From the NCBI GenBank assembly GCA_964429195.1, contig CAYSBC010000001.1, positions 2,150 to 66,149 on the forward strand: a stretch of 64,000 nucleotides of DNA. The letters are read 5' to 3'. Every line of letters starts with the position of its first letter. The stretch's first letter is position 1. Below the pieces are notes generated by a model that was given only the letters and a program-made list of their open reading frames with translations, was not told the origin of the DNA and ran no database searches. The DNA comes from an uncultured Eubacteriales bacterium. Lineage in GTDB: Bacteria; Bacillota; Clostridia; Peptostreptococcales; JAAYPU01. The translations under genes and the position numbers were made by a program. Positions 50,039 through 59,765 of this stretch are shown here, one piece after another.

Positions 50039-50698
50039 TCATCTCTTTTGAAAATCCTTTAAATTGTGCGCCCTGATAATTGAAAAAATATCCTCAGCCT
50101 TTTCAAGAATAAAATCCGGATTAAGTAATTCCATATTCTCTTTAAGCATGCTCCATCCCACTAGAACAGATAGGACACCTGCACGATGTGATGCATCGAT
50201 ATCAAAGGGTGTATCACCTATCATAATCGCTTCTTCCGGTTTGCTTTTGAGGGCTTCAAGGGCCTTAAGAAGGGGTTCAGGATCCGGTTTATGTCTTTCA
50301 CAATCGTCCGCTGTTATAATCGTGTGGAAATATTTTGTTAAGCCAAATTTATTCAAGCCGGCCAAAGTCGTTTGCATAAGCCTCGATGTGACCAAGCCCA
50401 ACTTATAGCCTTCTTCATGCAGTCTTTGAATGACATGATCCATGCCTTCAAATATTTCAATTAAATCTTCAAACCTTGCATAGTGATAGTCCCTATATAT
50501 TTTTACAGCATCTTCAACAGAGCCTTCCATATCTCTCTTTAAGGTTATATGTAACGGTTCTCCAAAATATTTTACAATCTCTGTTACATCCTTTTCCTTT
50601 CCTAAGATACTCCGATAAGTATGCTGAAAGGAATCGATAATAACAGTATTGGTATTGATGAGCGTACCATCAAAATCAAATAAAATCGTATTAATCAT
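50039..50698 (-). CDS. HAD-IA family hydrolase (PpaX/phosphoglycolate phosphatase-like)
   Basis: 219 aa with 'ILFDFDGTLINT', 'LVTSR' and 'MIGDTPFDIDA' HAD motifs. Confidence 0.85.
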   Translation of the reverse strand: MINTILFDFDGTLINTNTVIIDSFQHTYRSILGKEKDVTEIVKYFGEPLHITLKRDMEGSVEDAVKIYRDYHYARFEDLIEIFEGMDHVIQRLHEEGYKLGLVTSRLMQTTLAGLNKFGLTKYFHTIITADDCERHKPDPEPLLKALEALKSKPEEAIMIGDTPFDIDASHRAGVLSVLVGWSMLKENMELLNPDFILEKAEDIFSIIRAHNLKDFQKR

Positions 50699-50703
50699 AT
50701 TAT

Positions 50704-52872
50704 TTACAATCCTTTCATCGTTAGCGAAATCCTTCCTTTGCTTTCATTGATCTCCATTATTTTGACCTTCACTATATCACCTACATTGATGGCATCTGAT
50801 GGGTGCTTAATATATTTATCGCTTATTTGCGATATATGAACAAGCCCATCATCCTTGACACCAATATCAACAAATGCGCCAAAGTCGACAACATTTCTAA
50901 CGGTACCCATAAGCTCCATGCCTATCCTTAAATCCTCCAATTTTAAAACATCGCTTCTTAAAACAACCCCGGGCAACTCTTCCCTCGGATCTCTGCCCGG
51001 CTTCTTTAATTCACTGACAATGTCCTGTAGAGTTGGGACTCCAATAGCTATTTTTACAGCTATTTCTTCCATAGCCTTTTTTGAAGCATCGGTTAATGTC
51101 AATATTTTAGCTTTTACTTGGTTAATATCACTCTTTTTAAAATCCTCTTCGTCTACTTCAAGCAAGGCCATCAAACGATACACAGCATCATAGGATTCAG
51201 GATGAACAGCCGTATTATCCAAGATGCATTCGCCATCCGCAATTCTTAAAAAGCCTGCACATTGCTCAAAAGTCTTTTCCCCTACTTTTGGAATCTTCCT
51301 GAGCTCTTTCCTGTTCCTAAATTTCCCTTTTTCCTCTCTATATTGAACGATATTCCTTGCCACAGTTCCATTGATACCCGATACGTATTTAAGAAGCGAA
51401 GGCGATGCAGTATTTAAATCCACGCCTACTCTATTAACACAATCTTCTACAATATCCTTTAAAGTATTATCCAAGAGGCTTTGACTGACATCATGCTGAT
51501 ATTGGCCTACACCGATATGTTTAGGATCAATCTTTACCAGTTCAGCCAAAGAGTCCTGCAACCTTCGCCCAATGGATAAGGCCCCTCTTGTTGTCACATC
51601 CAGCTCAGGATACTCCTCTGCTGCAATTTTGGAAGCGGAATAGACAGAAGCTCCTGCTTCACTGACAATTGTATAATGAATCTTCTCATTCATTTCTTTG
51701 ATGGTATCCGCTATAAACTGTTCTGTTTCCCTGGACGCTGTCCCATTGCCAATAGCCACCACATCAACATTGTATTTTAACAATATTTCCTTTGTAACAC
51801 TCTTGGAATTTATAATATCAAAGCGGGGTGCATTAGGAAATATGGTGGTATAATCTAATAGTTTTCCGGTTTCGTCGAGAATAGCAATTTTGCATCCTGT
51901 TCTAAAACTTGGATCTACTGCCATAACCCTCACATTTTTAAGGGGCGGTGCCATTAATAATTTCTCCGTATTTTGGCCAAATACCTTAACAGCTTCTTTC
52001 TCGGCCCGCTCATAAAGTATATTCCGTATTTCTCTTTCAATAGAAGGCATGATAAGCCGTTTTAATGCATCTTCAATGGTAGCCTCTAAGTGATGGGTCA
52101 TGACTTCTTCTGTCGTCCTTAGGATATCCCCTTTTAAAGTGTTCTTAATTTCATCTAAAGGGACTATAAATTTAACGTTTAATTTCTTCTCCTTCTCACC
52201 TCTATTGATAGCTAAAATTCTGTGAGAGGGTATTTTATGAATTCCTTCAGAATAATCATAATACATTTCATAGACAGATTCTTCGTTAGGATCAGTTGCC
52301 TCCGTTCTCAAGGAACCTTTCTTCATACAAATATTTCTTATTTCTTCTCGGTACTTAGGGTTGTCCGATATGATTTCTGCAAGGATATCCAGAGCACCCT
52401 TGAGAGCCTCGGATTCGTCTTGGACTTGTAATTCTTCATTGATAAAGCTTTTACATAGGGCATCCAGGTCTTTATCCTTCACTTCTTGCTCTAATAAAAT
52501 TTTAGCTAAGGGATCCAGACCCTTTTCTATAGCAATAGAGGCCCTTGTTCGCTTTTTTTGTTTAAAAGGTCGATAAAGGTCCTCTAGTTTTTGAAGAGTG
52601 TCTGCTTCACATATTTCTCTTTCTACCTCCGGAGTCATCTTTTCCTGTTCACCAATAAGCCTGATAATCTCGTCTTTTCTTTTGTCAAGATTTCGCATAT
52701 AGGTGAGCTTCTCATAGAGTTCTCGCAACAAAACATCGGATAATCCACCTGTAATCTCCTTCCTATATCTTGCTATAAAAGGAATGGTATTGCCCTGATC
52801 AATCAATTCTATTGTCTTTTCAACCCGACTCTTTCCGATGTTTAATTCCCTGGCTAGTCTTTCTGCAATCAT
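50704..52872 (-). CDS. tex: Tex-like transcription accessory protein (YqgF/HhH/S1 domains)
   Basis: 722 aa with 'NTIPFIARYRKE', 'RVMAVDPSFRTGCK' and a C-terminal S1 domain ('GTVRNVVDFGAFVDIG'). Confidence 0.93.
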   Translation of the reverse strand: MIAERLARELNIGKSRVEKTIELIDQGNTIPFIARYRKEITGGLSDVLLRELYEKLTYMRNLDKRKDEIIRLIGEQEKMTPEVEREICEADTLQKLEDLYRPFKQKKRTRASIAIEKGLDPLAKILLEQEVKDKDLDALCKSFINEELQVQDESEALKGALDILAEIISDNPKYREEIRNICMKKGSLRTEATDPNEESVYEMYYDYSEGIHKIPSHRILAINRGEKEKKLNVKFIVPLDEIKNTLKGDILRTTEEVMTHHLEATIEDALKRLIMPSIEREIRNILYERAEKEAVKVFGQNTEKLLMAPPLKNVRVMAVDPSFRTGCKIAILDETGKLLDYTTIFPNAPRFDIINSKSVTKEILLKYNVDVVAIGNGTASRETEQFIADTIKEMNEKIHYTIVSEAGASVYSASKIAAEEYPELDVTTRGALSIGRRLQDSLAELVKIDPKHIGVGQYQHDVSQSLLDNTLKDIVEDCVNRVGVDLNTASPSLLKYVSGINGTVARNIVQYREEKGKFRNRKELRKIPKVGEKTFEQCAGFLRIADGECILDNTAVHPESYDAVYRLMALLEVDEEDFKKSDINQVKAKILTLTDASKKAMEEIAVKIAIGVPTLQDIVSELKKPGRDPREELPGVVLRSDVLKLEDLRIGMELMGTVRNVVDFGAFVDIGVKDDGLVHISQISDKYIKHPSDAINVGDIVKVKIMEINESKGRISLTMKGL

Positions 52873-53982
52873 TGTTTCACCTCTAATGCATCTTGTTTCA
52901 GCTTCTCGTTGATAAAAATATCAATATCACCATCCATAACACTTTGGACATTACCCACCTCGGCATCTGTCCTATGATCTTTGACCATAGTATAGGGATG
53001 AAAAACATAGGACCTTATCTGGCTCCCCCAAGTAATTTGACTATAATCTCCCTGAAGCTCATTAATCCTTTGTTTCTTCTCTTGTTCTTTAAGGGCTATA
53101 AGCTTGGCCATAAGCATCTTCATCGCTATTTCTTTATTCTGATGCTGAGATCTTTCGTTCTGGCATTGGACTACAATATTTGTAGGTAAATGGGTAATAC
53201 GAATAGCGGAATCAGTTTTATTAACATGCTGTCCGCCTGCTCCACTGGATCTGTAGGTATCTATCCTCAAATCCTTCATGTCGATATCAATTTTAACATC
53301 GTCATCAAGCTCAGGCATAACATCTAAGGACGCAAAGGAAGTGTGTCGCCTGCCTGAAGAGTCATAAGGAGATATTCGCACTATACGATGAACACCCTTT
53401 TCATTCTTTAAATAGCCATAAGCATTTTCACCCTGAATAAGAAAATCAGCACTTTTGATGCCACCTTCCTTATCAGATATCAGGTTCATTGTCTTTATAT
53501 GAAAGTTCTTTCTTTCAGCCCATCGGGTATACATTCTAACAAGCATCTCTGCCCAGTCTTGTGCATCCAATCCACCTGATCCGGCATGAATGGATATAAT
53601 GGCGTTGTTTTTATCGTATTCACCTTTAAGAAGAATCTCGATTTTAAATCCATCTACTTTTTGCAAAATATTTTCATAAGCTTCCTCTATCTCATCTACA
53701 AAGGATTCCTCGGGTTCTTCTATAGCTAACTCTATCATCAATTTTAAATCATTAAAATCATGGATAAGATTTTGGTAACCTTCTATTTTTAATTCGATAT
53801 TCTTCTTTTTTTGCAGAATTTCTTGTGCTTTTTGATTGTCGTTCCAAAAGCTTTCTTCTGCTACCTTATATCCGAATTCTTCAAGTTGTTGCTCTAATGT
53901 AGGGATGTCAAAGGGATTCACTTATTTCTTTTATATCTTTATCTATATCACTTAACTGATACTTTATTTGTTCAAGCAGCAT
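52869..53982 (-). CDS. prfB: Peptide chain release factor 2, expressed through a programmed +1 frameshift
   Basis: ORF1 is ATG 53982 ... TCC CTT TGA (24 codons: MLLEQIKYQLSDIDKDIKEISESL). A +1 shift at CTT-T-GAC continues into the 350-aa ORF, which carries 'SPYDSSGRRHTSFA' and the 'GAGGQHVNKTDSAIR' GGQ motif. The gene is 17 nt downstream of secA. Confidence 0.95.
53907..53913 (-). other. RF2 autoregulatory +1 frameshift site CTT TGA C
   Basis: I read this directly on the minus strand: ...agt gaa tcc CTT TGA C atc cct... Confidence 0.9.
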
Positions 53983-53999
53983 CAAATGGATCACATCCT

Positions 54000-56753
54000 T
54001 TATTCGTTTTCTTTTCCACAACATTTTTTATACTTTTTACCGCTACCACATGGGCACAATTCATTTCGACCCACTGTCTTTTCTTTTACGATGGGCTTCA
54101 TAGGCTGAGATGACCTGGATTGATTGACAGCTCTGTTCTGCATTTTTTGTCTTTCACTCTCTCCCCTGTCTTCGCCCATATTCATGGCATCTTCTTTTTG
54201 TTCATTGGCTATCCTTACAACCTGTTTTCTTTGAACATTGGTATGAACAGTCACATTAAACATATTTCTTACCGTATCTTCCTGTATGCTCTTTATCATG
54301 GCTTCGAACATATCAAAGCCTTCATTCTGGTAAGCTCTTACAGGATCTTCGTTCCCAATGGCCCGAAGTCCTATTCCTTCTTTCAGTTGATCCATGGCAT
54401 CAATATGTTCCATCCACTTGGAATCAACTTGTCTTAAAACGATAATTCTTTCAATATCTCTAATCCTATCTAAGCCTATTTCTTCCTCTTTTATTGCATA
54501 AAGGTCATTGGCTGTTTTTAGGATTGTGTCTTTCAAATCCTTAATAGTGAGGGACTCAATATTATCGAATTGAAGATTAATACCTTGAAAATAAGCACTT
54601 AACGCTTTTTCCAAACCTACCAAGTCCCATTCTTCCGGATATTTTACATCCCCTGTATGCATTAAAATAGTGTCATCTATCAGATCATCAACCATACTAA
54701 AAATATGATCCCTCATATTTTCTCCTTGAAGGACTCTTCTTCTTTGGTTATAAATGACCTCTCTTTGCTTATTCATCACATCATCATATTGTAAGACATA
54801 TTTTCGAATGGAGAAATTTCTTCCTTCCACTTTTTTCTGGGCATTCTCTATGGATTTTGTAAGAATACCAGCTTCAATAGCATCATTATCATCCATTCCC
54901 ATTTTAGCAACAAAGTTTTGAAGTCGTTCTCCCCCAAATAATCGCATCAAATCATCATCTAAACCAATAAAGAATTGAGAGGAACCGGCATCTCCTTGTC
55001 TTCCTGATCTACCTCTAAGCTGATTATCGATACGTCTTGAGTCATGCCTTTCGGTCCCTATGATGTGAAGACCACCCACTTCTTTCACTTTAATTTGCTC
55101 AGCTTCTCTTTCTTTTTTAATTTTCCCGAAGATCTCATGGTATTCTTTTCTAATATCTATCAGCTCTTGGGATTCTAAAGGAATTAAACTGGATACTGCT
55201 GATATCGTATCATTGTCGTATCCATTTTTCCGCATCTCAACTTTTGCCTCGAATTCAGGATTTCCACCTAATAGTATATCTGTTCCACGACCTGCCATGT
55301 TGGTGGCAATGGTCACAGCACCAAATCGTCCGGCATCTGCGATGATCTCTGCTTCCTTTTCATGGTTTTTAGCATTCAATACATTATGCCTGATTCCGTT
55401 TTTCCTTAATATTTCGCTGATAAATTCAGATTTTTCTATAGAAATGGTCCCTACAAGAACCGGCTGACCCTTCTCATGTTTTTCTTTAACTTGTCTTAGA
55501 ATAGCCGCGTATTTACCTTCACCTCTACTATAGATAGAATCAGGTTTATCCTCTCTGACAACAGGTTTATTTGTAGGAATTTCAACAACATCCATGTTAT
55601 ATATCTCTTTGAATTCATCCTCTTCTGTTTTAGCAGTACCTGTCATACCGGCTAATTTATTGTACATTCTAAAATAATTTTGAAGTGTAATTGTTGCTAA
55701 GGTTTTGGATTCTTTTCTTATATTAAGATTTTCTTTCGCTTCAATAGCTTGATGAAGTCCATTGCTGTAGCGCCTTCCAAACATTAACCTTCCTGTAAAC
55801 TCATCAACAATGATTATCTCTCCGTCTTTAACAACATAATCAATGTCTTTTTTCATCAAGGTTCTAGCCTTTAAGGCTTGAAGGATATGATGATTAAGCT
55901 CCATATTTTCAGGATCCGATAGGTTTTCCACTTTAAAGTAAGCCTCAGCTTTCGCAACTCCCTCTTCTGTTAAGGAAAGGGTATTCGCCTTTTCATCTAC
56001 CGTAAAATCTTCTTCCTGTTTATACCTTGTCACAAATTGATTGGCTCTTACATAAAGATCTGTTGATTCTTCTCCTTGCCCTGAAATGATTAAAGGTGTC
56101 CTAGCCTCATCAATAAGTATGCTATCCACCTCATCCACTATGGCATAATTCAATTCCCTTTGACACATTTCTTCCTTATAGATAACCATATTATCTCTAA
56201 GGTAATCAAAGCCGTATTCATTATTCGTACCATAAGTGATATCGCAATAATAGGCCGCTTTTCTTTGATCATGTGTCAATCCATGAATAATGCAACCTAC
56301 GCTAAGGCCCATAAAATTATAAAACTTGCCCATCCACTCCATGTCACGTTTGGCCAAATAATCATTGACTGTAACGACATGAACGCCTTTCCCAGCTAAT
56401 GCATTGAGATATACCGGTAATGTGGCTACTAAGGTCTTTCCTTCTCCTGTCTTCATTTCTGCTATTCTTCCTTGATGAAGGACTATCCCACCTAAGAGTT
56501 GTACAGGGAAATGCTTCATGCCTAGAGAACGGTAGCAGCCTTCTCTTGCGGCTGCATAGGCTTCTACAAGCAAATCATCCAGGGTTTCACCTTTTCCCAG
56601 TCGATCTTTAAATTCGATTGTTTTATATCTCAATTCTTCATCCGTTAACTTTTGAAAATCCGGTTCTAAGGCCTCTATTTTTTTTCCTATCTTATCGATT
56701 TTTTTTAATTCCTTACTATTAATACTACCTAGTACCTTCTCTAATAAACCCAT
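54000..56753 (-). CDS. secA: Preprotein translocase ATPase SecA
   Basis: 917 aa with '[11 protein letters not shown]', '[19 protein letters not shown]' and the C-terminal zinc motif '[14 protein letters not shown]'. Confidence 0.98.
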   Translation of the reverse strand: MGLLEKVLGSINSKELKKIDKIGKKIEALEPDFQKLTDEELRYKTIEFKDRLGKGETLDDLLVEAYAAAREGCYRSLGMKHFPVQLLGGIVLHQGRIAEMKTGEGKTLVATLPVYLNALAGKGVHVVTVNDYLAKRDMEWMGKFYNFMGLSVGCIIHGLTHDQRKAAYYCDITYGTNNEYGFDYLRDNMVIYKEEMCQRELNYAIVDEVDSILIDEARTPLIISGQGEESTDLYVRANQFVTRYKQEEDFTVDEKANTLSLTEEGVAKAEAYFKVENLSDPENMELNHHILQALKARTLMKKDIDYVVKDGEIIIVDEFTGRLMFGRRYSNGLHQAIEAKENLNIRKESKTLATITLQNYFRMYNKLAGMTGTAKTEEDEFKEIYNMDVVEIPTNKPVVREDKPDSIYSRGEGKYAAILRQVKEKHEKGQPVLVGTISIEKSEFISEILRKNGIRHNVLNAKNHEKEAEIIADAGRFGAVTIATNMAGRGTDILLGGNPEFEAKVEMRKNGYDNDTISAVSSLIPLESQELIDIRKEYHEIFGKIKKEREAEQIKVKEVGGLHIIGTERHDSRRIDNQLRGRSGRQGDAGSSQFFIGLDDDLMRLFGGERLQNFVAKMGMDDNDAIEAGILTKSIENAQKKVEGRNFSIRKYVLQYDDVMNKQREVIYNQRRRVLQGENMRDHIFSMVDDLIDDTILMHTGDVKYPEEWDLVGLEKALSAYFQGINLQFDNIESLTIKDLKDTILKTANDLYAIKEEEIGLDRIRDIERIIVLRQVDSKWMEHIDAMDQLKEGIGLRAIGNEDPVRAYQNEGFDMFEAMIKSIQEDTVRNMFNVTVHTNVQRKQVVRIANEQKEDAMNMGEDRGESERQKMQNRAVNQSRSSQPMKPIVKEKTVGRNELCPCGSGKKYKKCCGKENE

Positions 56754-56795
56754 CTCTTCTCCTTCCGGTCAACACAAGAAAATCAAAGTCCGTCA

Positions 56796-58118
56796 CTATT
56801 CCTGTATTTTAACAAAAGCATTGTAAATTGCTACTATCGCTTTCTCTAAGTCTTTATTTTCTACACCTGTAATAATATTCATCTCACTGGAACCTTGATC
56901 AATCATTCTTATGTTTACACCTGCTTTATAGAGGGCATCAAACAATGTAGCCGCTACGCCCTGGCGTTTGGTCATACCAAATCCTACTGTGGCTATAATC
57001 GCCATATTTGTAAATATTTCAACACAATCCGGTTGAAGCCTCTTTTTTATTTGTTCGGTTACATCCTCTAACAAACCATTGATCTGCTCATTGGATATGA
57101 CAATGGATACCGTATCAATTCCTGTAGGAATGTGCTCAAAAGAAATATTATACTCTTCCAATACAGATAACACTCTACGTATAAATCCTGTTTCAGAATT
57201 CATCCTGCTTTTATAAAGGCCAATGACTGTAAATCCCTTTTTACCGGCGATGCCTGTTATGATATTTTCATTATCTACCGGAACATCCGAGGTAATAAGA
57301 GTCCCCTCATGATCCGGTTCGTTTGTATTTCTTATGTTAATAGGAATATTCGCCTGCCTAACAGGGAACACAGCTTCCTCATGCATAACAGAGGCACCCA
57401 TATAGGATAATTCTCTTAGCTCCTTATAGCTGATGACCTTAATCGGCAATGGATTCTCTACAATTCTTGGATCAGCCATTAAAAATCCTGACACATCTGT
57501 CCAATTTTCATAAACGTCAGCACTGACAGCCTTAGCAACTAAGGCCCCTGTAATATCAGAACCTCCTCTTGAAAAGGTTTTAATGCTTCCATCCGGTCCG
57601 GAACCATAAAATCCCGGTATAACGGCTCGCTCATGTTGGGCTAATGTTTCCCTCAATAAATTGTTCGTTTCTTCTTCTAATAATTTTCCCCTTTTATCAA
57701 AAACAATGACATCTTTAGCATCAATAAAATCCAATCCCAAATATTCTGCTAAAATAATTGCATTGAGATATTCTCCTCGGCTTGCGGTATAGTCAATGCT
57801 TGCTCCAGCTTTTATATTCTCTTTAACTTCAGTTAAATACTCATCTATATCAACCTTAAGATTTAAATTTCTTACAATAGATACATATCTTTCTCTTATC
57901 ACTTCAAATACTTGATCAATCGGTAAATTATGTTCTAAATGTGTCATGCACAAATACAACAAATCTGTTATTTTGTTGTCTTGGCTAAACCTTTTGCCTG
58001 GGGCAGAGGGTATGACATATTTTCTTTTCTTATCGCTTTCTATTATAGATCTGACCTTTTCCATTTGAAAAGAATCAGACAAGGATGTTCCTCCAAATTT
58101 TGAAACTATAACCTTCAT
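56796..58118 (-). CDS. Aspartate kinase (monofunctional, with C-terminal ACT domains)
   Basis: 440 aa with 'VSKFGGTSL', 'SRGGSDITGA' and ACT-like repeats at the C-terminus. Confidence 0.9.
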   Translation of the reverse strand: MKVIVSKFGGTSLSDSFQMEKVRSIIESDKKRKYVIPSAPGKRFSQDNKITDLLYLCMTHLEHNLPIDQVFEVIRERYVSIVRNLNLKVDIDEYLTEVKENIKAGASIDYTASRGEYLNAIILAEYLGLDFIDAKDVIVFDKRGKLLEEETNNLLRETLAQHERAVIPGFYGSGPDGSIKTFSRGGSDITGALVAKAVSADVYENWTDVSGFLMADPRIVENPLPIKVISYKELRELSYMGASVMHEEAVFPVRQANIPINIRNTNEPDHEGTLITSDVPVDNENIITGIAGKKGFTVIGLYKSRMNSETGFIRRVLSVLEEYNISFEHIPTGIDTVSIVISNEQINGLLEDVTEQIKKRLQPDCVEIFTNMAIIATVGFGMTKRQGVAATLFDALYKAGVNIRMIDQGSSEMNIITGVENKDLEKAIVAIYNAFVKIQE

Positions 58119-58250
58119 GATTTTTCTTTTCTCCTTAATTTAAGTATAGACTATCTAAGCTATTTTATCATATTGATAAATTTTGTAAAGCATCACGATA
58201 TCTTGATATTTTTATTTAATTATGTTACATTTTTATTGGAAAAAGTACTT

Positions 58251-58259
58251 TGCTATAAT
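58251..58259 (+). promoter_or_regulatory. Extended -10 promoter element (TGcTATAAT) upstream of the antiporter-like gene pair
   Basis: actttGcTATAATtt, with TG at 58251..58252 and TATAAT at 58254..58259. It is about 42 nt upstream of the ATG at 58301. Confidence 0.45.
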
Positions 58260-58300
58260 TTACAATTTATGTCTAAACTACGAAGGAGTTTCTTTTTATC

Positions 58301-59749
58301 ATGAATTTTTTGTTAGTACTTCCTATTCTTTTTCCATTTTTATGTGCTTTATACCTTTTTTTCAGAGAGGTTGAGGAAAAATATAGGAATAGAGTAGTCT
58401 TTTTTTGTGTGCTCTTCAATTTCCTTTTGGTTCTTTTAAATGTTTTCTATTTTAAGAATTCATTTTTCCACGTCATTCGAATCAATTCATTTTTTGATAT
58501 TGCTCTAAAGGTTGACTTGTTTGGATTGGTCTTTAGTTTCCTAGTATCCACCCTTTGGATTTTTGCAGCAGTTTACGCTATGGGTTATTTTAGTCATGAA
58601 AAAAATATCCATACTTTTTTTGTCTTCTTTTGCGCTACATTGGGTGCTGTTATAGGTCTATCCTTTTCAGGAAACCTTTTTACGCTTTTTCTCTTTTACG
58701 AGCTTCTGACATTTGTCACATTTCCTCTTTTTACCCTTACACATACAAAAGAGGCTTTCAGGTCCGGTTATAAATACTTAACCTATTCCATTAGTGGGAC
58801 AACTGCATCTCTCATCGGTATATTGTTAATATTTAATAAGGTAGGCAGCTTGGACTTTATTCCCGGTGGTATTTTGTCCGATATCGCACCTCATGATTAT
58901 TCCTATTATCTACTAGCTTATGGCCTTACCTTTCTAGGATTTGGTGTGAAAGCGGGACTCGTTCCTTTTCATTCCTGGTTACCCTCTGCCATGATTGCAC
59001 CTACTCCTGTGAGCGCACTTCTTGATGCTGTAGCTGTGGTGAAATCAGGAATATTTGCTTTAACAAGGATAACTTATTTTGTATTCGGGCCTGTTGCCAT
59101 TATGGCCTTCAATGGCAATACCTTTGCCTTAATCTTTATCTTGATTACCATTGTTGCAGGTTCTTTTTTAGCCTTGCACCAAAAAAATCTTAAAAAAAGA
59201 TTGGCTTATTCCACCATCAGTCAGTTGGGCTACATCATGCTTGGACTTGTTGTCTTTACTCCAAACTCCTTTGTTGGCGGCATGCTTCATATGATTTTTC
59301 ATGCTGTCATAAAAATAACCCTCTTTTTCTGTGTTGGTGCCATTATGCATGTTACCCGTAAAACAAGCTTGGATGAAATAGCAGGTATCGGCAAGCAGTT
59401 GCCTAAGCTTATGTGGTGTTTTTCTTTATGCTCCATATCTCTCATAGGTATTCCTCCCACAGCAGGCTATGTTAGTAAATGGTACTTAGCAACAGGTTCC
59501 CTTCAATATGGTAATGTGTTTGTTCCTATCGTATTACTTTTAAGCGCCTTATTAACAACAGGTTATCTTTTTCCTATTATATCTACAGCTTTTTTTATGC
59601 CTTTGCCTGAAAAAAAACCACATGTTCATTCCTTGGATAAACGTATGTTAATACCTATTATCGTATTAACGGCTACAGTCATCACAATAGGATTTTTACC
59701 CAATCCTTTGATAGAAGTACTCACTCGTATTTCTAATCTTGTTATGTAA
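58301..59749 (+). CDS. Proton-conducting antiporter-like subunit (NuoM/NuoN/MrpD family, Proton_antipo_M)
   Basis: 482 aa with about 14 TM helices. 'LFLFYELLTF' gives the TM5 Glu context and 'GVKAGLVPFHSWLPSAMIAPTPVSALL' the TM7 Lys context. Confidence 0.8.
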   Translation: MNFLLVLPILFPFLCALYLFFREVEEKYRNRVVFFCVLFNFLLVLLNVFYFKNSFFHVIRINSFFDIALKVDLFGLVFSFLVSTLWIFAAVYAMGYFSHEKNIHTFFVFFCATLGAVIGLSFSGNLFTLFLFYELLTFVTFPLFTLTHTKEAFRSGYKYLTYSISGTTASLIGILLIFNKVGSLDFIPGGILSDIAPHDYSYYLLAYGLTFLGFGVKAGLVPFHSWLPSAMIAPTPVSALLDAVAVVKSGIFALTRITYFVFGPVAIMAFNGNTFALIFILITIVAGSFLALHQKNLKKRLAYSTISQLGYIMLGLVVFTPNSFVGGMLHMIFHAVIKITLFFCVGAIMHVTRKTSLDEIAGIGKQLPKLMWCFSLCSISLIGIPPTAGYVSKWYLATGSLQYGNVFVPIVLLLSALLTTGYLFPIISTAFFMPLPEKKPHVHSLDKRMLIPIIVLTATVITIGFLPNPLIEVLTRISNLVM

Positions 59750-59765
59750 AGGAGGTCCTTATTGC

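Noticed and set aside
58119-58300. A possible lysine (L-box) riboswitch upstream of aspartate kinase. Likewise a T-box or other leader in the 296-nt region upstream of ilvD (30199..30494).
   Set aside because: The aspartate kinase upstream region is only 182 nt, is shared with a divergent promoter, and shows no L-box core sequences. The ilvD leader has one 9-bp hairpin (30384..30407) with no U-tract, and no T-box specifier or T-box sequence.
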